DNA of 64,000 bases from Takakia lepidozioides (Eukaryota > Plantae > Bryophyta). The stretch lies in NCBI GenBank assembly GCA_030704615.1, contig CM060731.1:54002001-54066000 (forward strand), in the 5' to 3' direction. Of this stretch, positions 51,367 to 64,000 are shown one piece after another; within the stretch, counting starts at the first letter, position 1, and the number at the start of each line of letters is the position of its first letter. Position numbers and translations under genes: made by a program. The notes below the pieces were generated by a model, which was given only the letters and a program-made list of their open reading frames with translations, was not told where the DNA came from and searched no databases.

Positions 51367-54300
51367 CGGTGGTGGTTGAGGGCATTGTGTATGATGCGCG
51401 CAGGCGAGGGAGAGGCAGCTTAAGGTACTAAAGGCAGCACAAAAAGCACAGGCTGCCAAAGTTCCAGCCCCACCATCAAAGAAGGCAGAGCAGAAGGCAA
51501 AGAAGGCAGCAGCTGTTACAGATGAGGCTGAGGCGGTTGACCCGCCCACTCCTGCGGGTGAGAAGAAGCGTTTGGCCCCAGAGATGGCGAAATCCTATAG
51601 TCCCAAGGCTGTTGAGTGCTCGTACGTTCCTCTCCCTAATTATCTCTTATGTCCCCATCCATAAGCCGCATCTCTGAATCTCTTCCATTTCCAATCTTCT
51701 CTTTTTATCTTAGAGAAAGAACATAAAATTTAGTCTGGCTTTGGGTCGGTTTGTCAGGGGATTAACAGTTCACTCTTCATGTCAAAAATCTTATCAAGAC
51801 AGGACGACACTGCAATCTGGAGATACTGACGTACTTTGGGGAGCACATGTGTGGCAGGTGGTATGAATGGTGGGAGAAGGCAGGCTTCTTTGTTGCTGAT
51901 GCCCAGAGCAAGAAACCTCCCTTTACAATCGTAAGTGTCGGTTGTTTCTACTTTTTCTCCACAATCCAGTAGAATTATTTGGAAGCAAAACTGTCCAAAT
52001 TTCTTTCACAAATTCAAGAATGGCGCTTCCTAACACTGTGGGAAGAATGGTTATGTGGCTGGTCTTGGTCAGGTGATACCCCCCCCAAATGTGACAGGAG
52101 CACTCCACATTGGTCATGGTCTCACAGGTGCAGTTGAGGTAGATCTCTTTTGACCCAACAAAGTCAGAACATGGTGTCACCTAACCATCTGCAGTACACT
52201 ACTTTTCAGACATTTGTCATGTTTTTGTATCTAAACCACTTAGTTGTTGATGGAACTGCAGGATATGATTGTGAGGTGGCGGCGGATGAGTGGGTACAAT
52301 ACTCTCTGGGTTCCGGGGGTTGACCATGCTGGCATTGCCACCCAGGTACTGCATAAGTCTCTCTCCTTGTGAGGGCAGGAGTCCTACAGTGAGGTTTTTC
52401 GTAATCAAGTGTATGATTATGCAAGGCCAGACATTTATTAAGGCCGTGCTTTTGGTTTGCGCAGGTAGTGGTAGAGAAGAAGATAATGAGAGAGAGAAAA
52501 ATGACCCGGCACGACCTTGGGCGGGATCAATTTGTGGCTGAGGTACACCTATCTCCCCTTTTCCCTTATCTCACAATCCCCACATAGATGATATGCTTTA
52601 GGTCTTTTGACAACCTAGGTTCCTGTGCTATACTATTGGTTTTGACCAAGCAAATGCCTGGGGTCGCTGTGCATCAATTGCAGGTGTACAAATGGAAAGA
52701 GCAGTATGGGGGCACCATTTGCAATCAATATCGACGTCTTGGAGCTTCTCTTGATTGGTCCCGAGAAGTAAGACTTCACTCATGGTTTATTTGTCCCTCT
52801 TGCTAATTGGAAGGTGGAATTTATCGAACAAGTATCCACAAAAGTCTGGATTAAAAAAAGTAGAGCTAAGTGGCAGAGGGGGTGAATGGAGGGTGACAGT
52901 GTTTCACAATGGACGACAAGCTGTCTAAGGCAGTAACAGAAGCGTTTGTGAGGTTGCATAAGCAGGGTCTCATTTACAGGTCTATTTCCCCTCCCCTTTC
53001 CCAACCAGTATTTAGGCATTTTCCCCTTTATCATGGTTGTTGAGCCTTGTATACAGTTCTCGTAGAAGAAATGTCTTCAGTCAATCATTTAGCCTGTTGT
53101 TTTCCTTGTTTAAGCAGTGTTGTACATATTCAACTCTCAGCGAATAGGCACAAATGTTTACCAGGCAGGGGTCTGTTTTTGTGGTTAAGAGTTAGTTTTG
53201 ATGTGGACACTAACCTTTGTCATTCTGTTCTAAGAAGGAACCTTTTAATTTAGCCTCTTCAAATATGAATCTGCTGCTAAGTGGTTCTTATTCAGGCCCC
53301 AGTCGTGAAGACAAACCTTGGGGATTGAGATGACAGTTCTTGGCACTTGACACGAATTTAGCACACAACTGTCAAAAAATGAGTGTTTGTTCCCAAGTAG
53401 CTCCCATGCCTTCCATTTGTCTGTACAAGTCTCAGGAGTCGGATAACAGTTCTGGGCATTCAACACAATTTACGCACATCTGGTGCGTCAGTTACAGGGA
53501 TATCACAAAAGGCCTTATTTTGTAAGCTGCTGGTTGTTCTTGCAGAGACAACCGACTTGTGAACTGGGATTGCGTGCTTAGAACTGCTATCTCAGATATA
53601 GAGGTGGGCTCACCCCTAGTGTGTGCTTTGTTATGACCCCTAGTGTGTGCACATATATCATCTTTGTCTTTGCCCCCAACATGTAGATTTTACTTATTTT
53701 CTCGGCCCTAGACCATCAGTCTCTCCTCCTGTTTTCTGCTGCCTCCTCCCTTTTGTCCTCATACCATAGAACTCAGTGAAAGGTAGAAAGATGTCTCTTG
53801 TGGTGGCTGTCCAAATTAAGTGTTTCTCAGAAAGTACTCAGCTGTGGGAATTATACAGGTTGACTACATCGACCTAAAAGGCCGGACATTGAGGCGAGTA
53901 CCAGGGTATGAAAAGCCTGTGGAATTTGGTGCTATCACCTCATTTGGCTACCCCCTGGAGGGTGGGCTGGGTGAAATTGTGGTGGCCACTACACGGCCTG
54001 AAACTATGCTTGGAGACACAGCCGTAGCTGTACACCCTGAGGACCCACGCTACAAGCACCTTCACGGCAAGTTTGTAGTGCATCCGTTCAAGGGGACGAA
54101 GATCCCTATCATATGTGATGCCACGCTTGTTGACATGGCATTTGGAACAGGTGCTGTCAAGGTGAGATATGACTACTGAGGTTTTTAGTTTTGTAATGAG
54201 TTTGTTGGAAATGAAGTTGTCTGTCTTTCACATTTGTACAGACAGTAGGACAGGTTAGCAACATTTGGTTTGCAGTAGCATAGAGTTCCTTTGGGATCAT

Positions 54301-57300
54301 AAGCAACAAAAGCACACGGACTTCCGTCATCCCTGCAGATCACCCCAGCTCACGACCCCAACGATTTTGAGGTGGGAAAGCGACATAAATTGGAGTTTAT
54401 CAACATTTTCATGGATGATGGCAAGATCAACAGCAATGGGGGCAAGGCATATGAAGGCATGAAACGCTTTGATGCTCGTGTGGCTGTAGTTAAGGCCTTG
54501 GAGGAGAAGGTAGGTCTTTTTCTTTTAATGTCCTGGTATCAGTTGTTTGGAGCATGTCACATCGTTGAGCATTAGAGACTTTCCCAGGAAGCTAGTTTGT
54601 TAAGGTCATGGCCAGGGCTTGACCTTGCGCATACTCACACCTATGGATTGAAGTTTTACAGATTGGCATATCCTCAGTAAGCTGCTGTATGATAATAGAT
54701 AAATACTTTGGTTGGTTCAACTTGAAATGGCAGGGATTGTACAGAGGGGTTGCCGACAATGTGATGAGGCTTGGTATTTGCTCAAGAAGTGATGATGTGA
54801 TAGAGCCCATGATAAAGCCACAATGGTATGACGCCTTAATTATGTGAATGATTGTTTTGAATCTTGTTCACTTTGTCTCCATAAGTACATATTTCCATTC
54901 ATTGTTGGAAAGTTATCAAGCAAGCACAGCGCCTGGCAACAAGAAGCTGATTTATGGTGATCTGGGTCTGATCAAGGAAGATGAGAATCAGCAAGAAGTT
55001 TATCAACTGAGATTGTAGCTCGTTTGCATGCTAGTGGCTCATTCCTAGAGATTGTACTCATTGGCCATTGACCCCGCGCCCAGTTTGAGCGGGAACAAAA
55101 GGGACAGAACGTACCTCTGTCAGGGGCTGACGTTGGTAGTAAGACTTACCTCCATATATAGAATTAATCCGGGTTTTCCAGATATCCTCTAGAAATCCCT
55201 TCACACAAGCATCAATCTGCTGTGTGTGATTTGCCCAAAAACTAGGCCTCAGGAGGGCCTGGGCTTTTGGCTCAGCCTCGAGACTTTCAAAGTTGGTAAA
55301 CAGGGGTACAGGCATAATACCCTTGATAGATTTGAAGAGAGCGTCTCTTTGGTGAGAGAACCCCGGACAGTGTATCAGAAAATGAATACTGTCTTCAGAT
55401 TGCCCACACAACGGGCAATTGCACTCTCCCTTTCCTCTCTGCTTCTGTTTGCTGTTCAAAGGTAGGCTTCCTGCCCTGAGTTTAAATTTCAGTCTAGTGC
55501 CGAGAGTGGGTAGACCCTTGAGGTCATCCAAGATGTCCTCCCCCATGTCACAGACTGGAAACAAGTTCAGGGAAGTTTTCTGCCTAACTTCATTTTCATC
55601 AGACAATCTCATGGCAACAGACATGGCTGAAGACACTACAGCCTCTAAGTCAGATTTATCCAGCAGGGTCAAGACTTGCGGATCCAGGTCCAGGTCCTTG
55701 AGGATCTCTTCTACTCTCTTCTGCCAGGACTTAGCCTGTTTGACAGGGCGGTCCTGTTTCCAAGATATAGAGTCGATTAACTTAGGATATCTGGTGTTGG
55801 GCATATGTTGCAGCTGACCCCACCATCTGACCTTGAATTCATCTCGTCGGGAGCTTAAGGACGGAATGCCAAACTCACCCCGAACAGCCACATTGGCTGT
55901 TTTGGAGCATGCTGACATACACTCCTTAAGCACCCCCACTTGAATGGATTCTAGAGACTTAGCCTGGTTGGAGTTATCAACCCATATAGCAGATCCGTAC
56001 TCCAAGGCAGGTCTAATAACGCGACAAAGCATGGTTTTCTTAACCTCAGAGTTGACCCCTCTGCAGTGGAAAAATTTAATGAGCCCCAGAGCTTTGCCCT
56101 TGCCAGTTTGAACAACTTTCCGGATATGTGCACAATTGGAGGAGAACTCAACGCCCAGGTAAGTGTAGGAAGGGAGGACCGGGATCTCTTGACTACCCCA
56201 CTGCCACTTAAGATCACTTCCTCCCTCTCCTCTGTCGTTGAATGCTACCACTGCACATTTGCTGACATTAGCCTCTAGCCCCCAAAGATCAAAGTATCTC
56301 TTCGCGCAATCAATCAACTCCTGGAGATTGGTTGGAGTCTCCCCTATGCCTGCGAAGTCATCCGCAAACATAAGGGCTGGTATGGTGGTATCACCCACCC
56401 TTAACCCAAATCCCTCACTTTCCACATCCTCGAGGAGTTGATTGATGAAAACATTGAAGAGCAGAGGGGAGAGAGTACATCCTTGAGCTACACCTTGGTT
56501 TATGTCAAAGAAGTTGGACTTCTGTCCGTTAACAGTGACACAGCTTTTGGTGTGAGCATACAAGTTGTGGACAACTCTCCACATCTTTCCCTTGATCCCA
56601 CAAGACCAGAGGCGGAACCATAGGCCATCTCTCCACACTGTGTCATAAGCCTTTTTGACATCCAGGAAAAAGACATAAGTGGGTTTCCCTTCTTTTTTCC
56701 TTCCCTGGATTCTGGCTTAGAGTGAAGATATGATCCACACAGCCCCTGTTTCGCCGAAAGCCAGCTTGGCCTTCGTGGAAACAACCTCTAGACTCCAGAT
56801 CAACCTTGAGATGAGTACTTATAACTCTGCAGAATGTCTTGCCAACAGCATTGAGGAGCGTGATGCCACGGTAGTTCCCCGGTTCTTCTCTGTCACCCTT
56901 GTATAGATTGACAATGACCCCCTGTTGCCAGCGAAAGGGGATCATTTCAGTCTTCCAGATAAGGTTAAAGAGGAGAACTAGGGCCTCTATCATGGGATCG
57001 CCACCGTGCTTGATAAGCTCGTTGACAATACCATCAGGTCCACCAGCTTTATATCCATTTAAATGTTCAATTGCTTCCACAATCTCAGAAGAACTAATGG
57101 GAGCATTATAAGCCATTGAAATATACTCCAGTTCATCAGGGCTGTTTTGAATCAAAGGAACAGTTTTTCCAACTGTGTCCCTCCATTCAGCAGAAGACCC
57201 CTCACTGTTAGACCTAGAAGTTCTGCCAAGGATACTGTAGTGAGTTTGAAAGGTTTTGACAATGTCAACCGATGAAGTCACCACTGCACCTTTAGTAGTC

Positions 57301-60300
57301 TTCAGCGCTTGTACTTGCTGACCGTTTTTCGGCTTGTACAAACATTGAAGGGCCAACCAGAATTTCTTGTCATTACCACCATGGTGGTTTGAGTTTATTT
57401 CACTGTATAACTTGTCCCAGTATAATGTCTTCTGAGACCTAACAATCTGATTGATATCTTTACGGAGCTGGTAGTACCTCGCCCACAATTCTCTGTTGGT
57501 TTCCAAATTGCAGCACTCTTTATAGAGGGCTCGTCTCTCAGCTATCTTGAGTTTAATCTCATTAGTCCACCAATTAACTGCTCTACCGCAGACAATTAGT
57601 TTCCTCCCAATGATCTTGTCAGCCACGGAGGAAACGAAACTCTCCCAAGAGTCCACTGCTCTTTCGACTTCATTTCTTGTGTTAACAGAGCGTGACTGAA
57701 GCTCATTCCTAGAGAAATAGAATGAAGCTTTGCTGACATGTACGGAGAGTTGAACGGTCGCACATCCATTCTTATTGGCAGGTATGTCAATAGCAAAGAA
57801 ATGGCTGAGGAGGCTTGTGCAGCAGTGCGAGATGGTCGGCTTGAGATCATTCCCAAGCAGTTTGAAGACACCTGGTTCAGGTCTCTCTTCGCCATACCAG
57901 CCTTTTCCATACTCTATAAAAATTTGGGTTCATAGCCTCTTTGTTTGGAAGAAACATCTAAGGCTCTCATTTCACATCCTATTGCACCATAAGAATGCCT
58001 TTTTTTGTCTGCAGGTGGCTGGAGAACATCCGGGACTGGTGTGTATCTCGGCAGCTCTGGTGGGGCCATCGTGTGCCAGCATGGTATGTGACTCTTGATG
58101 ATGACTCGATGAGGGAAGTAGGCGCTTACGCTGATCATTGGGTAGTGTGCCGTGATGGAAATGAAGCAGAGGCAATTGCAAAGGCGAAATTTCCAGGGAA
58201 GAAGTTTCGGCTGGAGCAAGACCCGGATGTGTTGGACACATGGTTTTCATCAGGGCTGTTCCCGTTCTCTGTCATGGGATGGCCAGAAAATACACCAGAT
58301 CTGCGCACCTTTTATCCCACCTCACTGCTGGAAACTGGGCATGATATTCTATTCTTCTGGGTGGCACGTATGGTGATGTTAGGCATGCGACTCACAGGGC
58401 ATTGCCCCTTCAAACAGGTACTTTGAAAGTATAGAATGAGCTACATGGTGATTCACTTCATATGCAGTCTACGGAAGTGCGCATGAAATGTAACCATGCT
58501 TTGTGGCGGCAGGTATTCTTACATGCAATGGTGAGGGATGCACATGGGCGTAAGATGTCAAAGTCACTGGGCAATGTGATAGATCCACTGGAGGTCATAA
58601 ATGGGGTGACCCTGGAGGATCTACATAAGCGGGTGGAGCAAGGTAACCTGGATGCACATGAAGTTGAGAAAGCCAAGGCCGGTCAGCTGGCAGACTTTCC
58701 AAATGGGATTGCGGAGTGCGGGGCTGATGCCCTTCGCTTTGCCCTTGTGGCTTACACTGCCCAGGTAATGCTCAACATTGAGGTTCTCCCTCAGAATCAA
58801 TAAATTGTATCTTTCTGATAGGTGAATGTCAGGATTGTATGGACCATTCTATTGATGGTGAGCGTGTGTTGTGGTCAAAGAAGGCTCAATCTTTGTATCA
58901 GGTCAAGTGTGTAACTCTTTGGAACATCAACACCAGAGCTTAGTTTTTTGACGCTGCAGTTTTGTCAAATAGATCTGCTAGTAGTGAAGTTTGCATGTGC
59001 TCCATTTCATGGACCAAAGTTTGACCAATATTCTGTTTTTTTGGGGGTCCCAGTCTGTGAACATAAATTTGGACATTCTACGTGTGGTTGGATATCGTCA
59101 ATGGTGCAACAAACTGTGGAATGTGATTCGCTTTGCTATGATTAATCTGGGGAGCAATTTTGAGCCCTCTCCAGCCTTGGTCCCTGCATCTCTCCCATTT
59201 AGCTGCCAATGGATTCTTTCGGTGCTCAACAGGACAGTTGATAAGACAATAAACAGTCTCGAAAACTACAACTTTTCGGAGGCAACCACTGCCTTACATT
59301 CTTGGTGGCTATATCAGCTCTGCGATGTTTTCATTGAGGTTATCAAACCAGCCATGTTCGGGGACGATCAGGATCCCAAGGCTGCGACTGTGAAACAAGC
59401 AACAAGAGACACGCTCTGGGTGTGCCTAGACACAGGACTGCGCTTATTGCACCCTTTTATGCCATTCTTGACTGAGGAGTTGTGGCAGCGGCTCCCACAG
59501 AGATCAGATGAGTCTACAGTGAAGTCATCGATCATGGTGGCAAACTATCCCATAGTGGACCCGGTAAGTTCCTAGTCTTGCTCCTCACATCTGAGTGTAA
59601 CTGTTTCTACTTGGCTCCTCGCACCCTTATAATTTCTTATCTTCATTAGAAATTTTACTCATTTTCCTATGCATTAAATTCACATAACATTCTTCACTGT
59701 TGAGATGGATGTGACCTTGGTCATGGAGTTTTGTAGCCAATGAGACTGCTTGGGGTGAACTTTGTGTGGATGAAACAAGGTGCCAGTGTTCCCTTTGTCT
59801 ATTTCTCTTCAGGAAATAGAAGGTTTTTCTTAGAAATCTAATAATTGTATAGAAGTTGTCATACATTAATTGTGCTTGTAAATATTAGGGCATAGTGCAC
59901 CTTTATTGCTATTAATCTAGGTTCAAAATCCAACATCAAAAAGTACATGAGATGTCACATGAAGGCAGTAATCTGCTCAAGCATTTGAACCTAGGTAGCA
60001 GATGAATGCAGATTTGAAAATCAGCTCTGTATAGTATCGACTCATTTTGATGCCACCATGACTCATGTAAGTCATACATACTCCTGTCGAGGAGTATTCT
60101 TCCTTTTGTAAATTGAGTGTACACTGTTTTCAGGGATGTTTTGAAGCACAAATGTAGTGCCCTGTGTGTATTTTGTGAAGGAGTGGACAAACGAGAATGT
60201 GGAAGCACAGATGGCTGTGATTGATGCAGCAGTCAGAGCAACTAGGTCGCTCCGCATGGTTTATGAATTGCAACCCAAGCTTAGGTAAACCTCTTCGTAT

Positions 60301-61998
60301 GTCCTGCTGGTTGAAGTCTCCTGATGTCAACAGTACTGTTGTGAGAACTGTATAGGTGATTTGGTAGCTGTGGTACTACTTATCTAAACCAAGAATCTGA
60401 ATGTTTGAATGTAATTTGGCCACTCCTAACCATAAACCCTGCAGCATATAACCCTCCAGGTTGGATGAAAATATTGCACTAGCGTAGATCTCTCTAACAG
60501 GCAACATTGGCTCATTTATGAAATTTGGCTTTTCCTCAGCTGGTCATAATACGGCCCTGGTGTCAATTGTTTTCCCTTAAGTTCAAATCTACTGATTTTT
60601 AATTTTCATGCACAAAATTCCTCCTTATGCCTAGCTCACTCTGGTATTCCTCCACAGGATATACATTGTTAATGGGCATGTGTGCTACTGGCCTCTGTCA
60701 CAGGCCAGAATTATATGTAATGTGCCGAGCTGAAGAGGTGGTTGAGGTGGTGCAAAAGGGTGCTGCTGAAATTGCTACGCTGGCTACGCTATCCTCTGTG
60801 AAGGTGAGAGGGGGGTCTCTGTGGGGAGGGGGCTCAGAGAGGGAGAGAATTCTTATGGGTGACGGTGAGCATCTTCCAATGCGGGATGGGAGGTTTTCCA
60901 AGAAGTCTGTCAGGGAACTGGTTGCCAAGCAAAGTCTCAGTAGCATTTGTCCTTCCTCACCTCATTGCTTTGATTTATGTGCTCTTAGGAAAGTTTCTTT
61001 TGTTGTTACATCGTATCTTTATGTCCACCAGTCTTCTGCTGATGGTGATCTGACATAATGTGACAGATATTGCGAGAAACCGATGAGCCGCCACTGGGAT
61101 GTGCTGTGTCAGTTGTGAACGAGAACATGACGGTGTTTTTGCTGCTGCGAGGAGTAGTCGATGCTACAGTAGAGATTTCCAGGTTGCAAAAGAAACGGGG
61201 TGATATCCTGAGGTACGGAAGTCTGTAATGTTTTATGAAGATTGTAGATCTAGCTCAAAGATCGTGAGTTCTGGGGATTGGGTGGTACTGAAGACTCCAT
61301 GTCGCTAAGTCCTTCCATTGGAGCTGCTACATGATTGCGCACTGTAGTGGCAAGAGGGTGAGAGGGAGTCTGTTGCCACATGCCTGGCTAGACCCGGTCC
61401 TCGGTTTTGAAGAAGCAGACCTGAGGGGGGAGAGATGTTTCTCATAACGTCATTTCTCTATTACATATGTTGGTAATGAAGGACTCCGTTGAGTACTGGT
61501 AGCTATTGAGTTGGAGAGAGCTCTTGTTTTACAAGATTGCTGTGGTTGCACTACTATCTTAGCCTGGACCAAGGCCCCACATTCCGATGGGGTCTGATTC
61601 TGGTGTAGCAGCCTTGGGATGATTGCACCACAAAGCTGACCTTCCTACAGATGGAAACATGTTCCCATTTGGAACAAGAAACTTGCAACAGAGACAGAGT
61701 GAGGGATTTCCATTTTAATTTGGATGGTATCAAGGAGAGAAGTGGGAACAGGAATGATCTTTAAGAGGTGGTGAGTTTTTGCACACTATGTGATGGGTGT
61801 GTGTATCTGGCAACCTCAAAAACTGTGTGCAGGCAGCAGGAGGCTTTGACCAAGAAGATGGATGTAGCAGGCTACACTGAGAAAGTGCCCGCATCTGTTC
61901 GTGAAGAGAACCTGTCCAAGCTCAGCAAATCCTCTGCCGAGCTCGAAACTGTTCAGGAAGCCATAGGCAATTTTCAGAGGCTTATAATTGATGCTTGA
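50997..61998 (+). CDS. valS: Valyl-tRNA synthetase (eukaryotic cytosolic type), ~21 exons
   Basis: [13 protein letters not shown] (~52080-52117), [32 protein letters not shown]|[41 protein letters not shown]-terminal coiled coil. Confidence 0.95.
51325..51363. repeat. (GA)n microsatellite in a ValRS intron
   Basis: About 19 GA units. Confidence 0.9.
55052..57700 (-). mobile_element. 5'-truncated LINE (RT + C-terminal CCHC zinc motif) inserted antisense in a ValRS intron
   Basis: 15-bp TSD GCTCATTCCTAGAGA (55037-55051 / 57701-57715), FADD RT motif, CPLC..HFLIHCP, frameshift near 56710. Confidence 0.92.
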
Positions 61999-64000
61999 TA
62001 CGCAAGAGCTAGGATTCTTTGGGGAACTGTGATTTTGGGCTGCTATCGATGGATTAGGATTTGTGGTCAATTGACCATCAGGGAGTCTTTGACTGTGTAT
62101 GGTTAGTTTATTTGATCTGGTCAAATTTGCAGGCCCCCTTCATTTTCAGTTCTTATTGAAAGAATCCAGGGTCTGACATACAGTTGGTCGGGCAATCAGT
62201 ACCATCTTTTCCTTCAGTACTTTGGCATTAGTCAACTTGGTTGATGTAGATGCGGTTGGGCTGGATCAATATGGATGGGCATCTTGCATTGCCTTTGATT
62301 TTGTAAGGATCCCTTACCAGTGATCCGTCATAGACGATATATCCATTGGCTTACCAGTAGATCTCTAATTAGTGCTAGCGCGCGCTTGTGTTCACATGTG
62401 CACCATCATGGTAGTGGCTATGGTAGAGCAAGTTAGGAAACGCAGAGTCAAACTCTTCCAAGGCAACTCCTGGGACCCATGTGAGATCACATGAAATGTA
62501 AGAACAAAGATGTACCAGTGTTATCATATAAGCTGAAAGTTACATATAACTCAAGAGCCTGCAAACAGCAGGCTTTGGTCTTCTACCCAACAAAGGAGAC
62601 CTACTTGTCCACTTTTGGACCTGTGCCCTGATTGGGGTGTAATTCTCAAGGACAGATGAAAACTGCTTTGCATTACAGAAACTCCCAACCGGCTTCGACA
62701 AGAGAAGAGGCAAAAGCACTACAATAGAGATCTCTGTTTGACCCAGTTGATGTTGCTATCACTCCTTCACAGTGGCAACCAGCACCTCAGTTGCTGACAT
62801 CTAACTTACAGTGCAGGCTTCTTCAGTCTGTAAGAAGTGCCTGCCCTCCCCTTACTCTGGGTCAGCCCTGATTTGTAGGTGCTGAGTTAGCAGGTCTTCT
62901 TCAAAACCAAAACATGGGTAGGGCTGTGTCCAAGTATGCCAGGTACTAGTACATGGAGTAGGCATCCTGATTTGCAGGTCTATCTCCAAGAGAGCTCCGT
63001 CTTTGAGGAGCTGGGCCAGTGTCACCTTGGGATCATTCTTTGAGTAGCACGATCACTTTATCATCTTGCAATGTTTTAGTAGTTGATGTTCCTCTCCTGC
63101 AGGCAATTCAGGTTACGGCTGCTCCAGATGTTGGTGTTTGCAGAAGTGTAGAATTGAATTCCATGTTCTAGTCCAGAGCTTCTGACTACAGGAGTTGTAG
63201 TGTTCCCAAGGGAGGACATATGAAGCAGGCACTGAAGGTTTATCTCGAAGGTAGAGATGGCAAGTAAATGTGCAGTCCTGTGATGCCCTTAGAGTGTGGA
63301 TGTGTAGAGCCTTGCATGCCCTTAAGAAACCAACTTCTTCCACAATGAGAACTCTTGAAATTTTGGGCGGGTGAGGTAGGGGCCAGGTAAGCATCAGTTT
63401 TCGTTGATGAATGTTGGGAAATTTGTTGGTGGATTTCATTTAAGAAATTTGAGCGAATAGAAAAGTAAATTCAAAAATATTAGGTTACGAAGGTCGGGTG
63501 AGAATGTGCGAGAGGAGGAGTGGAGAAGGAGAAGGGCAACGAGGAAGGAAGGGGCGATCGCTGCAAGGTGGTGAATGATTCCCTTCGATGGAGTCCGCTG
63601 ATGCTGAAGCTGTGGCGTGCACAGATGGGGCAGCTGGGGAGGCCGAGGTTAAAGAGACCCGCTCTGAGATGCTTTCTCGCCATTCGTGAGCATTTCTCTC
63701 TTTCCACCTCTCTGCCTCATTGGGTAGTTTTCCAGGGTTAAGTTTGGTGTGCTTTGGAGCACAAGAGATGGGTTTCTCAGGAAGTAAATAGAAGGGAAAC
63801 ACTGCAGACAGTGGATGTTAGAGACGAAACCTGGTTTGTGTGATTTGTGTGTGGGTGGGTACGTGGCCACAAATTGGTATCAACGATGAATATAGGTAGA
63901 AGAATGGACTTATTAGACAATGCTAGCAGTGATTTGTAGTTCCAACAGTGCAGAAGTATGAACGAGTTGGTGACATGGTTGCACTTCAACAATTTTTCCT

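Noticed and set aside
62870-63870. Possible gene end near the right edge
   Set aside because: Short overlapping ORFs with no recognisable motif or consistent splice model

Overview
Eukaryotic nuclear DNA from a non-flowering land plant. It has spliceosomal introns and a flavodiiron-gene fragment, a family lost in angiosperms; a hornwort or lycophyte is plausible but unproven. The left ~41 kb is TE-rich: an intact-looking chromovirus (Ty3/gypsy) retrotransposon, four hAT-type MITEs with 8-bp TSDs, two tRNA-derived SINEs, a Copia remnant, a TTAA-flanked piggyBac-like element and a secreted bulb-lectin/PAN gene. The main discovery is a 19.4-kb DNA transposon (20329-39767) with ~320-bp near-identical TIRs and a perfect 6-bp TSD (GTCACC). 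It carries an intron-containing IS3/IS481-type DDE transposase (decayed), a convergent HECT E3 ubiquitin ligase gene, a Zn-finger/AT-hook-like gene, ~100-bp tandem-repeat arrays, a LINE fragment, and captured host exons (ITPK, flavodiiron, aldo-keto reductase). The right ~23 kb is gene space: a second bulb-lectin gene, tRNA-Leu(CAG), mitochondrial uL14, a THA8-like PPR gene and a multi-exon valyl-tRNA synthetase with a LINE in one intron. Exon boundaries were inferred by eye and protein families were recognised from memory, not by database search.
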